Part shown: one piece after another, positions 48,928-58,627 of the stretch
How positions within the stretch are numbered: position 1 is the stretch's first letter
Layout: every line of letters begins with the position of its first letter
Origin: Kiritimatiellia bacterium
GTDB taxonomy: Bacteria; Verrucomicrobiota; Kiritimatiellia; RFP12; UBA1067
DNA length: 64,000 nucleotides
Direction of reading: 5' to 3'
Assembly: GCA_045656285.1 (NCBI GenBank)
Contig: JAZOQY010000036.1
Span: forward strand, 1,027 to 65,026
Position numbers and translations under genes: made by a program
The notes under the pieces: generated by a model
What the model was told of the DNA's origin: nothing
What the model saw: the letters and a program-made list of their open reading frames with translations, nothing else
The model's database searches: none

Positions 48928-50195
48928 ACGGATTTTCTTCAGAGCCTTTGGCTGCGCGTATGCGGCCGATGACGATCGACGAGGTCGTCGGGCAGCGACA
49001 TATACTTGGAGAAGGAAAGCTCTTGAGAAGGGTGATTGAAGCCGATAGACTCACCAATGTGATTTTCTACGGGCCTCCGGGATGCGGCAAAACTACTCTC
49101 GCCGAGGTGATCGCCAAGACGACGAAACGCAATTTCGTAAGACTTTCTGGCGTTTTGTCGGGTGTCGCAGACATCCGCAAAATATGCGATCGGGCGCGCA
49201 ACGAGCTCGGAGGAAAGGGGACGATACTTTTCATCGACGAGATCCATCGCTTCAACAAATCGCAGCAGGACGTTCTTCTGCCTTATGTCGAAGACGGCAC
49301 TGTCATTCTTATCGGAGCGACAACCCACAACCCGAACTTTTTCATCAATACGCCGCTTACCTCGAGGTCGCTTGTTTTCGAGCTCAAGGCGCTTTCTCCC
49401 GACGAAATCGCCGATGTTCTGAAAAGGGCTTTGGGCGACCGCGAGAAGGGGTGCGGTGCGATCCCTTCTGAAATTGACGATGACGCCCTTTCGTTCTTGT
49501 CGACGATTTCCGACGGTGATGCGAGGCACGCGCTTACGGCGCTTGAAATCGCCATGCGCTCGACACCGCCTGGAGACGACGACATTGTCCACCTGACGCT
49601 CGACGTGATCCAGGAATGCGTACAGCGCCGCCAGGTAAGGTATGATAAAAAAGAAGACGGCCATTACGACACGATTTCGGCGTTTATAAAATCGATCCGT
49701 GGCAGCGATCCCGATGCCGCAACATACTGGCTCGGCAAGATGCTTGTAGCCGGCGAGGATCCGAGATTCATCGCCAGGCGACTGGTCATAAGCGCGAGCG
49801 AAGATATCGGCAACGCAGACCCTCGCGGACTCTCTGTAGCCGTTGCGGCGATGCAGGCGTGTGAATTTGTAGGGATGCCGGAGTGTGCGATAAATCTTTC
49901 TCAGGCGACCGCATATCTTGCGACTGCACCCAAATCGAACGCAAGCTGCATGGCGATATCAGAGGCCATGGCCGACATCGAATCTGGTGCCGTCCAGCCG
50001 GTTCCGGAGCACCTCAAGAATAAGCACGTAAAGGCGATCGGAAGCGAAAAAGTTACGGAATACAAGTACCCGCACAATTTCGCAAATCATTACGTCAAGC
50101 AGGAATATATGGGCGTGCCGAAAAGTTATTATAGACCGACTCAAGAAGGTTATGAGGCGACAATCTCGAAAAGATTAAGTGCACTTCGTGCGTAG
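48924..50195 (+). CDS. rarA: Replication-associated recombination protein A (RarA/MgsA)
   Basis: PLAARMRP, GPPGCGKTT, FIDEIHRFNK.QQD, HYD.ISAFIKS.RGSDPDA, SEDIGNADP, Y.YPH. Confidence 0.96.
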   Translation: MNGFSSEPLAARMRPMTIDEVVGQRHILGEGKLLRRVIEADRLTNVIFYGPPGCGKTTLAEVIAKTTKRNFVRLSGVLSGVADIRKICDRARNELGGKGTILFIDEIHRFNKSQQDVLLPYVEDGTVILIGATTHNPNFFINTPLTSRSLVFELKALSPDEIADVLKRALGDREKGCGAIPSEIDDDALSFLSTISDGDARHALTALEIAMRSTPPGDDDIVHLTLDVIQECVQRRQVRYDKKEDGHYDTISAFIKSIRGSDPDAATYWLGKMLVAGEDPRFIARRLVISASEDIGNADPRGLSVAVAAMQACEFVGMPECAINLSQATAYLATAPKSNASCMAISEAMADIESGAVQPVPEHLKNKHVKAIGSEKVTEYKYPHNFANHYVKQEYMGVPKSYYRPTQEGYEATISKRLSALRA

Positions 50196-50242
50196 TTTAC
50201 ATAACACATATTATGCGACAATAAAAAAAAGGGGAATAGAAA

Positions 50243-51478
50243 ATGATAGAAAACGAGGATATTTCCGGCGCCAAGGCAGTCCCGGTTTCTTCTAATGCGA
50301 ATTCCGTCACTCTTTACGGAAATCAGGACGCAATGGATGATTTTCCTGTACTGAAAGCTTTTCAACAATATGTAGATTCCGAACAAGCCAAAGCTCATAA
50401 GCGTTTGATGACGGTTTGTGCTTTTTTCACAATTCTGATTTTCTTTATCATCGGGGTGTTCATATTTGTTGTGATGAATATTCGCAGCAACAAGGAAAAC
50501 AATCCGGATAACAGTATGCTGGCGCTTCAGCAGCAAGTTGCCGAACAGGCATCAAAGATGACCGACCAGCAGATGGCATATCAAAGGCAAATTGCCGATC
50601 AGACCACTAAATTTAACGAAATGTTTATTCAACAACAGTTTGCCCCACAGCCCCCCTCCCCTTCGACTGTTGGCGTCGCGGCCGAAAATACGAAAGACAA
50701 AGAAATCATCAGCAGCGACGAAATTAAAAATCTGATAAAAGTCGTCGCGGCCGAAAATATGAAAGAGAAAGAAATCATCATTAAAAGTCTGATAAAAAAT
50801 GAATTAAAAAGAACGCTTGAACAGTCTGCAGCTTCATCGGAACAGCCTGAAATCCAGGTCTCGGCAAAGAAACCGCCTGAAGCCCAAAAACATCAGCATA
50901 AGGCTTTGTCCGGAGAATCTGAATTGAAAAAAAACGAATCGCAGCTGAATGAACCTGCCAAAAGCATCAATCCGACGAAACCCGAAGTCAACAAAAACCT
51001 CCCCGTCACAACTCCCGAAAAAGTAAACGACAAGGGACATCAAGTGACCAAGGTTCAATCGGAAAAAAAGCATGAGGACGATGCTGAAATCCAAAAAGCC
51101 AAAGCGATTCTTGAGCATCGCCGCAGACTTTATCCCGAGTATTTCGATGAAAACGGCAACGAACATTCAACACCTGTCAGCGCTAAAAAACAGCAATCCT
51201 CTGTTCCCGCAAATCCTCAGGATGCGGAAATCGAACGCTTGAAAAAAGAAAATGAAATACTCAAGCTGAAAGCTGAAAACAATCTTTTAAAACAGAAGAA
51301 GGAATCTGTTGAAAAGCAAGTGCCCGCAGATGATGATGCCGACCTTAAAGAACTTGATGCGATCTTGATAAGCTCGGGGATTTATGGAGTTGAGGAAAAA
51401 CCGGCCTCCCCTTCCGATATTTTAAACATCAATATCGATGAGACAAAAAGCTCAACCTGGACCATTCCTTTGAAATAA
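50243..51478 (+). CDS. Hypothetical single-TM protein with coiled-coil and low-complexity regions
   Basis: 411-aa ORF with an SD-like GGGG; one TM segment (aa ~57-78); Q/E/K-rich remainder. Confidence 0.7.
   Translation: MIENEDISGAKAVPVSSNANSVTLYGNQDAMDDFPVLKAFQQYVDSEQAKAHKRLMTVCAFFTILIFFIIGVFIFVVMNIRSNKENNPDNSMLALQQQVAEQASKMTDQQMAYQRQIADQTTKFNEMFIQQQFAPQPPSPSTVGVAAENTKDKEIISSDEIKNLIKVVAAENMKEKEIIIKSLIKNELKRTLEQSAASSEQPEIQVSAKKPPEAQKHQHKALSGESELKKNESQLNEPAKSINPTKPEVNKNLPVTTPEKVNDKGHQVTKVQSEKKHEDDAEIQKAKAILEHRRRLYPEYFDENGNEHSTPVSAKKQQSSVPANPQDAEIERLKKENEILKLKAENNLLKQKKESVEKQVPADDDADLKELDAILISSGIYGVEEKPASPSDILNINIDETKSSTWTIPLK
50674..50797 (+). repeat. Intragenic tandem duplication (2 copies)
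   Basis: CGTCGCGGCCGAAAATA(C/T)GAAAGA(C/G)AAAGAAATCATC...ATTAAAA(A/G)TCTGATAAAA occurs twice, differing by a 12-bp indel. Confidence 0.85.
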
Positions 51479-51494
51479 TACAAAATAGTTCGGA

Positions 51495-51534
51495 TAAAAA
51501 AAAGACCGACGCTGAAAGCATCGGTCTTTTTTTA
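51495..51534. terminator. Bidirectional intrinsic terminator
   Basis: AAAAAAAGACCGA-CGCTGAAAGCA-TCGGTCTTTTTTT hairpin between convergent genes. Confidence 0.85.
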
Positions 51535-51549
51535 TGTAATGGATTCAAA

Positions 51550-51684
51550 TCACATCGCTTCGAACTGGTCTTTGCCGACTCCGCAGAGCGGGCAGGTCCA
51601 ATCATCGGGAAGCGCGTCGAATTCGACACCGTTGTTATCGGCGGGGTCGTAGACGTAACCGCAGACTTTGCATACGTATTTCAT
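51550..51684 (-). CDS. Rubredoxin (44 aa, not in the ORF track)
   Basis: Hand translation [44 protein letters not shown], with two CxxC motifs. Confidence 0.95.
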   Translation of the reverse strand: MKYVCKVCGYVYDPADNNGVEFDALPDDWTCPLCGVGKDQFEAM

Positions 51685-51689
51685 TTTGA

Positions 51690-52463
51690 TCAGCCTTTCA
51701 TTTCGATTTCGCTGCGCCAGGCGTAGAACTTCTTGAGCTTGAGCTTGGAAGCGGCCTCCTCATCGCAGAATACCCACGCGTCATTATGGGCCTGAAGCGC
51801 GGAAGCCGTGCAGTACTGGCTCATACCGCCTTCGACCATACCCTTTACGGCGTCAGCCTTGTTCTTGCCGAACGCGAGAAGAACAACCTTCTTGGCCTCG
51901 CAGATCGTGCCGACGCCCATCGAGAGCGCGCTCACGGGGACATCGGACGCCTTCTTGAAGAAGCGGGCGTTGTCCTTGATCGTCTGAGGTGTGAGATAGA
52001 CGATGCGCGTACGGGAAGCGAGGGAGCTGCCGGGCTCGTTGAACGCGATGTGGCCGTCGGAGCCGATGCCGAGGACCTGAAGATCGATGCCGCCGGCCTT
52101 CTTGATCTGAGCCTCGTACGCGGCGCATTCCTTGCGCCAGTCCTTGGCGAGACCGTTGAGGACGTGGGTGTTGGACTTCTTGATGTCGATCTTGTCGAAG
52201 AAGTTCTCGTTCATGAAGTAGCGGTAGCTCTGGTCGTGCGTCGGAGCGAGACCGTAATACTCGTCAAGGTTCCAGCTCTTGACGTTCTTGAAGGATATCG
52301 TCTTGGCCTTGACGTCCTTGGCGAGGCAGTCATACATCTCGACCGGAGTGGAGCCTGTCGCGAGACCCAATACGCACTTGGGGTTCTCCTTGACGAGCTT
52401 TGCGATCATATCGGCGGCCTTGCGGCTCGCTTCTTTCTTGGTCTTGCAGATTACGATTTCCAT
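51690..52463 (-). CDS. nagB: Glucosamine-6-phosphate deaminase
   Basis: [54 protein letters not shown]. Confidence 0.96.
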   Translation of the reverse strand: MEIVICKTKKEASRKAADMIAKLVKENPKCVLGLATGSTPVEMYDCLAKDVKAKTISFKNVKSWNLDEYYGLAPTHDQSYRYFMNENFFDKIDIKKSNTHVLNGLAKDWRKECAAYEAQIKKAGGIDLQVLGIGSDGHIAFNEPGSSLASRTRIVYLTPQTIKDNARFFKKASDVPVSALSMGVGTICEAKKVVLLAFGKNKADAVKGMVEGGMSQYCTASALQAHNDAWVFCDEEAASKLKLKKFYAWRSEIEMKG

Positions 52464-52489
52464 TTTTTACCTCTTTTGTTGATTTTGCG

Positions 52490-53542
52490 TTAAAGTGATT
52501 TCGCGGTATCGCGGACGATACGCTCATATTCGTCGCGCTGATCCTCCATCGACTGGACCATCTTGAGCTGGGTGCGGCAGCGGACGAGATTGTGGTCGTC
52601 GTACGCCGTCCTGAAGTAGGTGTCGCCGGCGAGATAGTCGGTGAGGAAGCGAATGCCGATCGTAAGCGTGATCAGGCGGCCGGAGAACGCGAGAGCGTCG
52701 AGCTCGGCGGCATTGAGGAACTTGGCGTCCTTCAGATAGCCCTTTACGAGCGCCTCGAAATACTCCTTGCGCGAGAACACCTTGTCGAGATCCTTCTCGT
52801 CTTCGGCCGCGGCGGCGGTGGACGTGCGGACCATGTCGCCGAAGTCGTAGAGCGCGGAGCCGGGCATCACCGTATCAAGGTCGATGACCGCAACGCCCTG
52901 CTGGGTGACGTCGTCGAGCATGACGTTATTGATCTTCGTGTCGTTGTGGGTGATGCGCTCGGGAATCTCGCCGCTCGCCATGGCGTTGACGATGCGGCCG
53001 GCCTCTTCGCGGCGGGCGTTGATGAAATCCATCTCGCGCTGAACGAGCTTGAGACGATCCTTGACGTCGGCCGCGGCGGCTTCGTCGAGAAGCTTGAGAC
53101 GGTTGACCGTGTTGTGGAACTTCGGCAGAATCTCGTTGAGGCGAGGCTCAGGGAGATCGGCGAGCGTGTTCTGGAACTGGGCGAAAGCGTTGGCCGCGAG
53201 GAAAGCCTGATCGGCGTTCTCGATGAGGTCGATCGTGCGCGCGCCCGTGATGAACGCATAGAGACGCCAGGGGTTCTTGTATCCGAGGACCTCGAGCGAT
53301 CTGCCGCCCTTCGAGCGGATGTGGCTCGTGACGCGGCTGATGTTCTCCATCATTCCGTCGGCATCGGGAAAGATGTCGGTGTTGATGCGCTGGAGAATGT
53401 ACGAGACGCCGCGGACATCGTCGGCCTTGAACGTGTCGTTGATGTGACCCGAACCATAACGGGCAACCTTTACGATATCGGTCACTCCGAATGCGGAAAG
53501 TACTGAAAGCAGCTCTTCTTCGCTGTATGTGCGATTGGACAT
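52490..53542 (-). CDS. APH-fold sugar kinase (N-acetylhexosamine 1-kinase NahK-like)
   Basis: G.GHINDTF, YILQRINT.IF, FHNT, RITHNDTKINN, VIDLDTVMPG...YDFGD..R, RFLTDYL.GD.YF. Confidence 0.88.
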   Translation of the reverse strand: MSNRTYSEEELLSVLSAFGVTDIVKVARYGSGHINDTFKADDVRGVSYILQRINTDIFPDADGMMENISRVTSHIRSKGGRSLEVLGYKNPWRLYAFITGARTIDLIENADQAFLAANAFAQFQNTLADLPEPRLNEILPKFHNTVNRLKLLDEAAAADVKDRLKLVQREMDFINARREEAGRIVNAMASGEIPERITHNDTKINNVMLDDVTQQGVAVIDLDTVMPGSALYDFGDMVRTSTAAAAEDEKDLDKVFSRKEYFEALVKGYLKDAKFLNAAELDALAFSGRLITLTIGIRFLTDYLAGDTYFRTAYDDHNLVRCRTQLKMVQSMEDQRDEYERIVRDTAKSL

Positions 53543-53561
53543 GTTATTGTTCCTTTATCGG

Positions 53562-54479
53562 TTAAAAAAGTTTTTCGGGATACTCACCGGCGGCGACGAG
53601 CTTGGCGATCGCATCGACTACGAGCGGCTTGTCTTCGCGGTAGGTGACGCCGAACCACGCGGACTCGGTCGGAAGAACCTTCGCGTCGGCCTTGCCTTCC
53701 TTGATGAGCTCGTCGACAACGAAAGGAATGTACCATTCGCTCTTCTCCTTCGAGCCGTTCTCGGCAAGCCACTTCGGGAAACGCTCTTCAAGTTCGGTGA
53801 AGAGAGCGGGAGTAAAGCCCCAGAGATTCATCGAAACGCGGGCGTCGAGAGGAACCTTGACGGGATTCTCGGGATCCTCCTGGTTCTCGGCCATGTCGCC
53901 CGCCTTGACGAGCTTCGTCATCTCCTTGACGTCGGTAAGGTAACCCGCCTCGTCGATCTTGCAGACGCCGCGCGCGACGGAACCGTGCTCCGAAAGCGTA
54001 AGCGAAAGATTGTAGCCGACCATCGCGAAGTGATGCTTGCACAGGCACCCCTTCTCGCCTGTGAGGAACTTGGCGAGCTGCTGGAAAGCGTCGCGGCCGT
54101 AGAAGTCGTCGGCGTTGATCGCGGCGAACGGCTCTTTCACGACATCGCGCGCTGCGCGGATGGCGTGAGCCGTGCCCCAAGGCTTGGAGCGACCTTCCGG
54201 TACGACGTACGGAGCGGGCAGGTCGTTCAGATCCTGGAACGCGTATGCGACCTCCATGATGCCCTCATATTTCTTGCCGACCTTCTCACGGAAGACCTCT
54301 TCGAAATCCTTGCGGATGATGAACACAACCTTGCCGAAACCGGCGCGGGAAGCGTCGAAAACGGAGTAGTCGAGAATAGCCTCGCCCGAAGGACCTACGG
54401 GATCGACCTGCTTGAGGCCACCGTAGCGCGAGCCCATGCCTGCTGCGAGAACAACCAATGTCGGTTTTACTTCACTCAT
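53562..54479 (-). CDS. Sugar-phosphate nucleotidyltransferase
   Basis: LVVLAAGMGSRYGGLKQ, KPWGTAHA, INADDFYG, SMNLWGF, WFGVTY.ED. ATG 54479 follows a GGAAGG SD. Confidence 0.88.
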   Translation of the reverse strand: MSEVKPTLVVLAAGMGSRYGGLKQVDPVGPSGEAILDYSVFDASRAGFGKVVFIIRKDFEEVFREKVGKKYEGIMEVAYAFQDLNDLPAPYVVPEGRSKPWGTAHAIRAARDVVKEPFAAINADDFYGRDAFQQLAKFLTGEKGCLCKHHFAMVGYNLSLTLSEHGSVARGVCKIDEAGYLTDVKEMTKLVKAGDMAENQEDPENPVKVPLDARVSMNLWGFTPALFTELEERFPKWLAENGSKEKSEWYIPFVVDELIKEGKADAKVLPTESAWFGVTYREDKPLVVDAIAKLVAAGEYPEKLF

Positions 54480-54557
54480 ATCCAGCCTTCCTGAATTATT
54501 TTGTAATCGTGTTTTGATAATTATAGTATATTCCAGCGAAAAAATCAATTCTTGCTT

Positions 54558-56342
54558 TTACCACAGATCGATCTCTGCGAAACAGCATTGGTTATTGCCC
54601 GAAAGCGAGTGCGTCGCATTGAACTTGAAGTAGCGGGCCTTCACGGGCGTGTCGAAAACTATTCTGTTGCGCACAGGATTTGCGGCGAGATTGCCGATGC
54701 CGCCCGCCTTGACGAGACGCCAGCTTTTACCGTCGTCCGAGACGAAGAACTCGTAAGCGTCCACCATGCCGTGCATGCAGTTGTCCATGCGCGGCACATA
54801 GTCAAAGCCCTTCATCGTCACGACCTTCCCGCAGTCGACCGAGAAGTGCTGCGGCGGCGGTATCGGGCTCTGACCGACGGGATGAGTATTCCAAAGCGTC
54901 TTCTCGTTACCGTCAATCACATTTCTCGCATTGCCCGGCGACTTGCAGCTTTCGTCTATGATTTTCCATCCACGCTTGTCGAGGGTGTCCTTTCGCTTCG
55001 CGCCTTCCGCAACGACCTCGGGCGCAAAGCGCAAAGCGACGTTGCCGTCCATGACCGGCGCGGCGCGGCCCTTGAGCGTAACGCGGACCTCACTCGCTTC
55101 AACTTCGTCAAATCGGACTATGCGGCGGTAACCGACGGTTGTGCCATTGGCGACCTCGGTCCACCCGCCGTCGATCTTAACCTCGACTGTGAAATTTTCG
55201 ACGCGCTGTCCGAGTTCGATTTTCTCTTTAAAGTCGACACAGTTGAAAAGCCTCGGACGATGAAGTTTCACGGTTAGAACAAGGGTGTTGCCGTTTCTTT
55301 TTTTGCCGTATTCCGTCCTCTGCGATTCTGCGAAATCGCATTCATTGAATTTACGGATGTAATCGCCAAACTCCTTCAGACGCTTGACGTCGGCCTCGCA
55401 GACGAGTCCGCGCTTGTCGGGAGCGATGCCGAGATTGAGTACCGCACCGCGGCCGACGGACTCAAAATACATATCGACAAGACGCGTCATCGGCTTCGGG
55501 CTTTCATGAGCATGGAAGAACCAGCCGCCGCGGAACGGCGTATCGGCCTCGGAAGGCATCCAATACTCTTTACCGTCATCGCCCTTCGAAGGATTCCACC
55601 ACGTTTCGGGCGAAGTTCCGCGCTCGTTGCCGCACCACTTTATAGACCAGTTGTAATGGCCGCCGAACGCAACCGCTTCGGGATGCTTTTTATGAAGATT
55701 GGCGAGAAGACGCGGTTTCTGGTAATAACCGGCCGGGATGGAGCGGCGCTCGCCTCGTCCGCCGTTTGCGCCGCCGTACCAGCCGTCGCCGCCGTTTGCG
55801 CCGTCGAGCCAGATCTCGCAGATATCGCCGTAATTCGTCATGAGCTCATCCCACTGGTTGTGGAAATATTCGACATACGACGGTCTCGCATAATCGGCGC
55901 GATACCGGTCCCACGGCGAAAGATACGCGCCGAAGTCGAGCCCGTATTTGCGGCACGCCTTTTCGGTCGCGCGAACGATGTCGAAGTTCCTGTACTTCCC
56001 GGGAACGGCCGCCATCGAATAATCCTTGTTGTACTTCGAAGGCCAAAGGCAGAACCCGTCATGGTGCTTCGCAACGAGAACGACGGCCTTGATTCCGCCG
56101 TCAGCCATCGCCTTGACCCATTGCTCGGGATCGAGACTGTCGGGAGTTACGCGCGAGGGAGGCACATTGCCGAATCCCCATTCCTGGCCGGTGTAGGTGT
56201 TCGGCCCCCAGTGGACAATGGCGATGATTTCGCGCTTGTGATATTCGAGATGAGCTTTCGTCGGGAGCGTCCCGTAGGTTTCGGCCGCATTTACGGAAGA
56301 AACAACGAATGCGAAAAACGCAAGAGCGAAAAGCTTTTTCAT
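54558..56342 (-). CDS. GH29 alpha-L-fucosidase with C-terminal F5/8 type C (CBM32-like) domains
   Basis: HWGPNTYT..EWG.G, AKHHDGFCLWPS, YLSPWD, WLDGANG, SVGR..L.L.I.P; signal peptide. Confidence 0.92.
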   Translation of the reverse strand: MKKLFALAFFAFVVSSVNAAETYGTLPTKAHLEYHKREIIAIVHWGPNTYTGQEWGFGNVPPSRVTPDSLDPEQWVKAMADGGIKAVVLVAKHHDGFCLWPSKYNKDYSMAAVPGKYRNFDIVRATEKACRKYGLDFGAYLSPWDRYRADYARPSYVEYFHNQWDELMTNYGDICEIWLDGANGGDGWYGGANGGRGERRSIPAGYYQKPRLLANLHKKHPEAVAFGGHYNWSIKWCGNERGTSPETWWNPSKGDDGKEYWMPSEADTPFRGGWFFHAHESPKPMTRLVDMYFESVGRGAVLNLGIAPDKRGLVCEADVKRLKEFGDYIRKFNECDFAESQRTEYGKKRNGNTLVLTVKLHRPRLFNCVDFKEKIELGQRVENFTVEVKIDGGWTEVANGTTVGYRRIVRFDEVEASEVRVTLKGRAAPVMDGNVALRFAPEVVAEGAKRKDTLDKRGWKIIDESCKSPGNARNVIDGNEKTLWNTHPVGQSPIPPPQHFSVDCGKVVTMKGFDYVPRMDNCMHGMVDAYEFFVSDDGKSWRLVKAGGIGNLAANPVRNRIVFDTPVKARYFKFNATHSLSGNNQCCFAEIDLW

Positions 56343-56345
56343 AGA

Positions 56346-56486
56346 TCACAATTCCTTTTCGGGTTTGTTGCCTTGATTGTTTTCGGCGGATTTTTCACGC
56401 TCGGCGGCAGCATCACGCAAAATCCTCTTAAAGCGTTTCAGCTCGGCTTCGCGTCCGGCGCGGCGCTCATACGCTCCATCGGCCAT
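56346..56486 (-). CDS. Small hypothetical protein (46 aa) directly after the parA stop
   Basis: MADGAYERRAGREAELKRFKRILRDAAAEREKSAENNQGNKPEKEL; fills the gap exactly (TGA-ATG upstream, 3 nt to the next ATG). Confidence 0.5.
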   Translation of the reverse strand: MADGAYERRAGREAELKRFKRILRDAAAEREKSAENNQGNKPEKEL

Positions 56487-57413
56487 TCAAGCCTCCGGAG
56501 CGGTCACGGTTTCGGTGGCGGATTCGGCCGCAGCATCGGACGCCTGCTCTGCAGGAGCGGGCTCGGCTGCAGGTGCTTCGGCGGCAGGAACGATTGCGGG
56601 AGCCGCTTCCGGCGCGCGCGGCGCGGCGTCGAAACGGGTAGGGTTTTTAGCCATGAATTCCCACGCGAAGGCCTTGTAGCTTTCGGCGCCCTTGGAGCGA
56701 GAATCGAGAAAAACTACCGGCGTTCCCATGGACGGAGCTTCGGAAACGCGGACATTTCGGGGAATGGCGGTTTCGTAGACCTTATCTCCAAAATGAGTGC
56801 GCACCTCATCCATGACATCGTGGGTAAGCTTCGCCTGGGAGTTCACCATAGTGAAGACTATGCCGTTCAGATCAAGCGACGGATTGACGGATTGACGGAT
56901 GCGTTCAATGGAGCTCGTGATGAGAGCGAGTCCGTCCATCGCGAGGAACTCGGCCTGGATAGGAATAAGCACTCCGTCGGAAGCGACGAGAGAACTTGTC
57001 ATGACGATGCCGAGCGACGGAGGGCAGTCGAGAATGATATAATCGAAGGCACCTGCGTCGCGCACGGGAGCGAGCGCATTGCGGATCATTTCAAGACGAT
57101 CTTCACGTGCGCCGAACTCGAGTTCTGCACCGGCAAGGTCGACTTCCGAGGGAATGATGTTGAGATTGTTCCACTTTGTGGGCTGGATGACATCTTCAAT
57201 CGGCTTTTCGCCCAGAAGGACGGGATAAAGGGAAATGCCCTGCTGCTTTTCAAGACCAAGACCCAATGTCGCATGAGCCTGCGGATCAAGATCGACAACA
57301 AGCACCGCCCTTTTCCTGGCTGAAAGCGCGGCGGCGAGATTGACTACGGTTGTCGTTTTGCCCACTCCGCCTTTTTGGTTCGCTATGGCTATTATTTTCG
57401 TTCTGCGTTCCAT
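56487..57413 (-). CDS. parA: ParA/Soj family ATPase with an Ala/Pro/Glu-rich C-terminal tail
   Basis: ANQKGGVGKTTT, DLDPQ, DCPPSLG, PIQAEFLA..G, IPRNVR.SEAPS.G. Confidence 0.93.
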   Translation of the reverse strand: MERRTKIIAIANQKGGVGKTTTVVNLAAALSARKRAVLVVDLDPQAHATLGLGLEKQQGISLYPVLLGEKPIEDVIQPTKWNNLNIIPSEVDLAGAELEFGAREDRLEMIRNALAPVRDAGAFDYIILDCPPSLGIVMTSSLVASDGVLIPIQAEFLAMDGLALITSSIERIRQSVNPSLDLNGIVFTMVNSQAKLTHDVMDEVRTHFGDKVYETAIPRNVRVSEAPSMGTPVVFLDSRSKGAESYKAFAWEFMAKNPTRFDAAPRAPEAAPAIVPAAEAPAAEPAPAEQASDAAAESATETVTAPEA

Positions 57414-57430
57414 TTGTCTCTCCTAGTGTG

Positions 57431-57967
57431 TCAATTTCCGAAAAGCTTCCCGCTGTCGTTCAATTCTTTAATGTTTTTGCCGGCGCTGCGTTCCACTTCA
57501 CGCCGCCAGAACTCGACGAGCGCAATATCCCACGGTTCATCGACACCGTGGATTACTGCCGCGAACTTGTCTCCCGATGCGATCACATCTGACTTGACGC
57601 GGTCGACAACGGCGGACAGGGAATCTGTTATTATCTGTTCGGAAAAATTGTCGCTCTTCAAATGATATCCGTATTGAAGAATCCTCAAGTTGCTTTCATT
57701 GGCTTTCAGGAATTCAAGATATTCCTTGGCCTCTTCGCCGAATCCCTCGGTCGTTATCTCGCCGAAGCGAGGGGTGATGATCCTGGGCTGATGGGCTTCG
57801 AGACGCCCTTCCCTCACTCTGATTTTTCCGGGATAGTCCTCAAGCTCCGATATGAGATGGTAATTCACCAGGGTAGAGCCAAACGTCTCGAGCTGGTGAG
57901 ACGGCGAAAGAAGTATACGCACCTTGCTCGCGGCGTACCATCTGTCAAAATCGATATCGCGGCTCAT
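57431..57967 (-). CDS. Hypothetical protein
   Basis: 178-aa ORF coupled by ATGA overlap within the operon; typical codon usage; no recognised motif. Confidence 0.75.
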   Translation of the reverse strand: MSRDIDFDRWYAASKVRILLSPSHQLETFGSTLVNYHLISELEDYPGKIRVREGRLEAHQPRIITPRFGEITTEGFGEEAKEYLEFLKANESNLRILQYGYHLKSDNFSEQIITDSLSAVVDRVKSDVIASGDKFAAVIHGVDEPWDIALVEFWRREVERSAGKNIKELNDSGKLFGN

Positions 57968-58620
57968 TCGAACTCCCTTTCGACATCGATCTCGTCAAGA
58001 GAGCGGACAATGCGCCACGCGCCGGTAAAATCGCTGTCGCGACCTTCCTTGCGGTCAAGCGCTATTACGCACATCCCGGCAGCGACGCCCGCGGCGACAC
58101 CGACCTTGGAATCCTCAATGACGACACATGAGGCAGAGTCGACGCCGAAGCGTTCGGCGGCAGCGAGATAGCTTGAAGGATCTGGTTTGCCTTTGGCGTA
58201 ATCGCCGGCGCCCAGGGAAAAATTCACCAGTCCGTCGACTCCCATCATCCTCGCAGCCTTGTCGATATCGGCTCGCGGAGAGCCGGAGACGATGGCCACA
58301 GGCGCTTTAGACGCAACACGTTTCAGAAATTCAACGCTTTCCGGAATTATCATCGTCCTCGGATCGGCGACCCGCGCGTCGAAGAACTTTCGCAAACGGC
58401 GAGAATCCTCTTCGACGGTCGTATCTCCGATCTCTGGAAAGCGTTGATGCAGCGATCTGTTGATGTCGAGCCAATTGCGCCCGACGATTGACGGCAAAAT
58501 CCTTTCGACGGTCATTTCAACGCCGCATTCGGTGAGAAAATCAACGATTGCTCCCGCCCAGGCTTCTTCAGTATCCACTAAAGTCCCGTCAAGATCGAAA
58601 AGGAACGCCGCAACTTTCAA
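57964..58620 (-). CDS. HAD-superfamily phosphatase (beta-PGM/CbbY-like)
   Basis: FDLDGTLVDT, IVSGS, GKPDP..YL, VIEDS..GV.AG.AAGM. Confidence 0.9.
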   Translation of the reverse strand: MKVAAFLFDLDGTLVDTEEAWAGAIVDFLTECGVEMTVERILPSIVGRNWLDINRSLHQRFPEIGDTTVEEDSRRLRKFFDARVADPRTMIIPESVEFLKRVASKAPVAIVSGSPRADIDKAARMMGVDGLVNFSLGAGDYAKGKPDPSSYLAAAERFGVDSASCVVIEDSKVGVAAGVAAGMCVIALDRKEGRDSDFTGAWRIVRSLDEIDVEREFE

Positions 58621-58627
58621 ATCACTC

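Noticed and set aside
56484-56489. Selenocysteine recoding of the parA TGA
   Set aside because: The position lies in a disordered tail with no Cys-equivalent context or evident SECIS hairpin. TGA is used as an ordinary stop throughout the window.
55506-57323. 605-aa plus-strand ORF, and similar long ORFs at 59149-60681, 28259-29587, 31435-32799, 34255-35436, 43050-44138 and 52592-54494
   Set aside because: Antisense shadows of well-supported genes. High GC3 suppresses stops on the opposite strand, and they carry no recognisable motifs.
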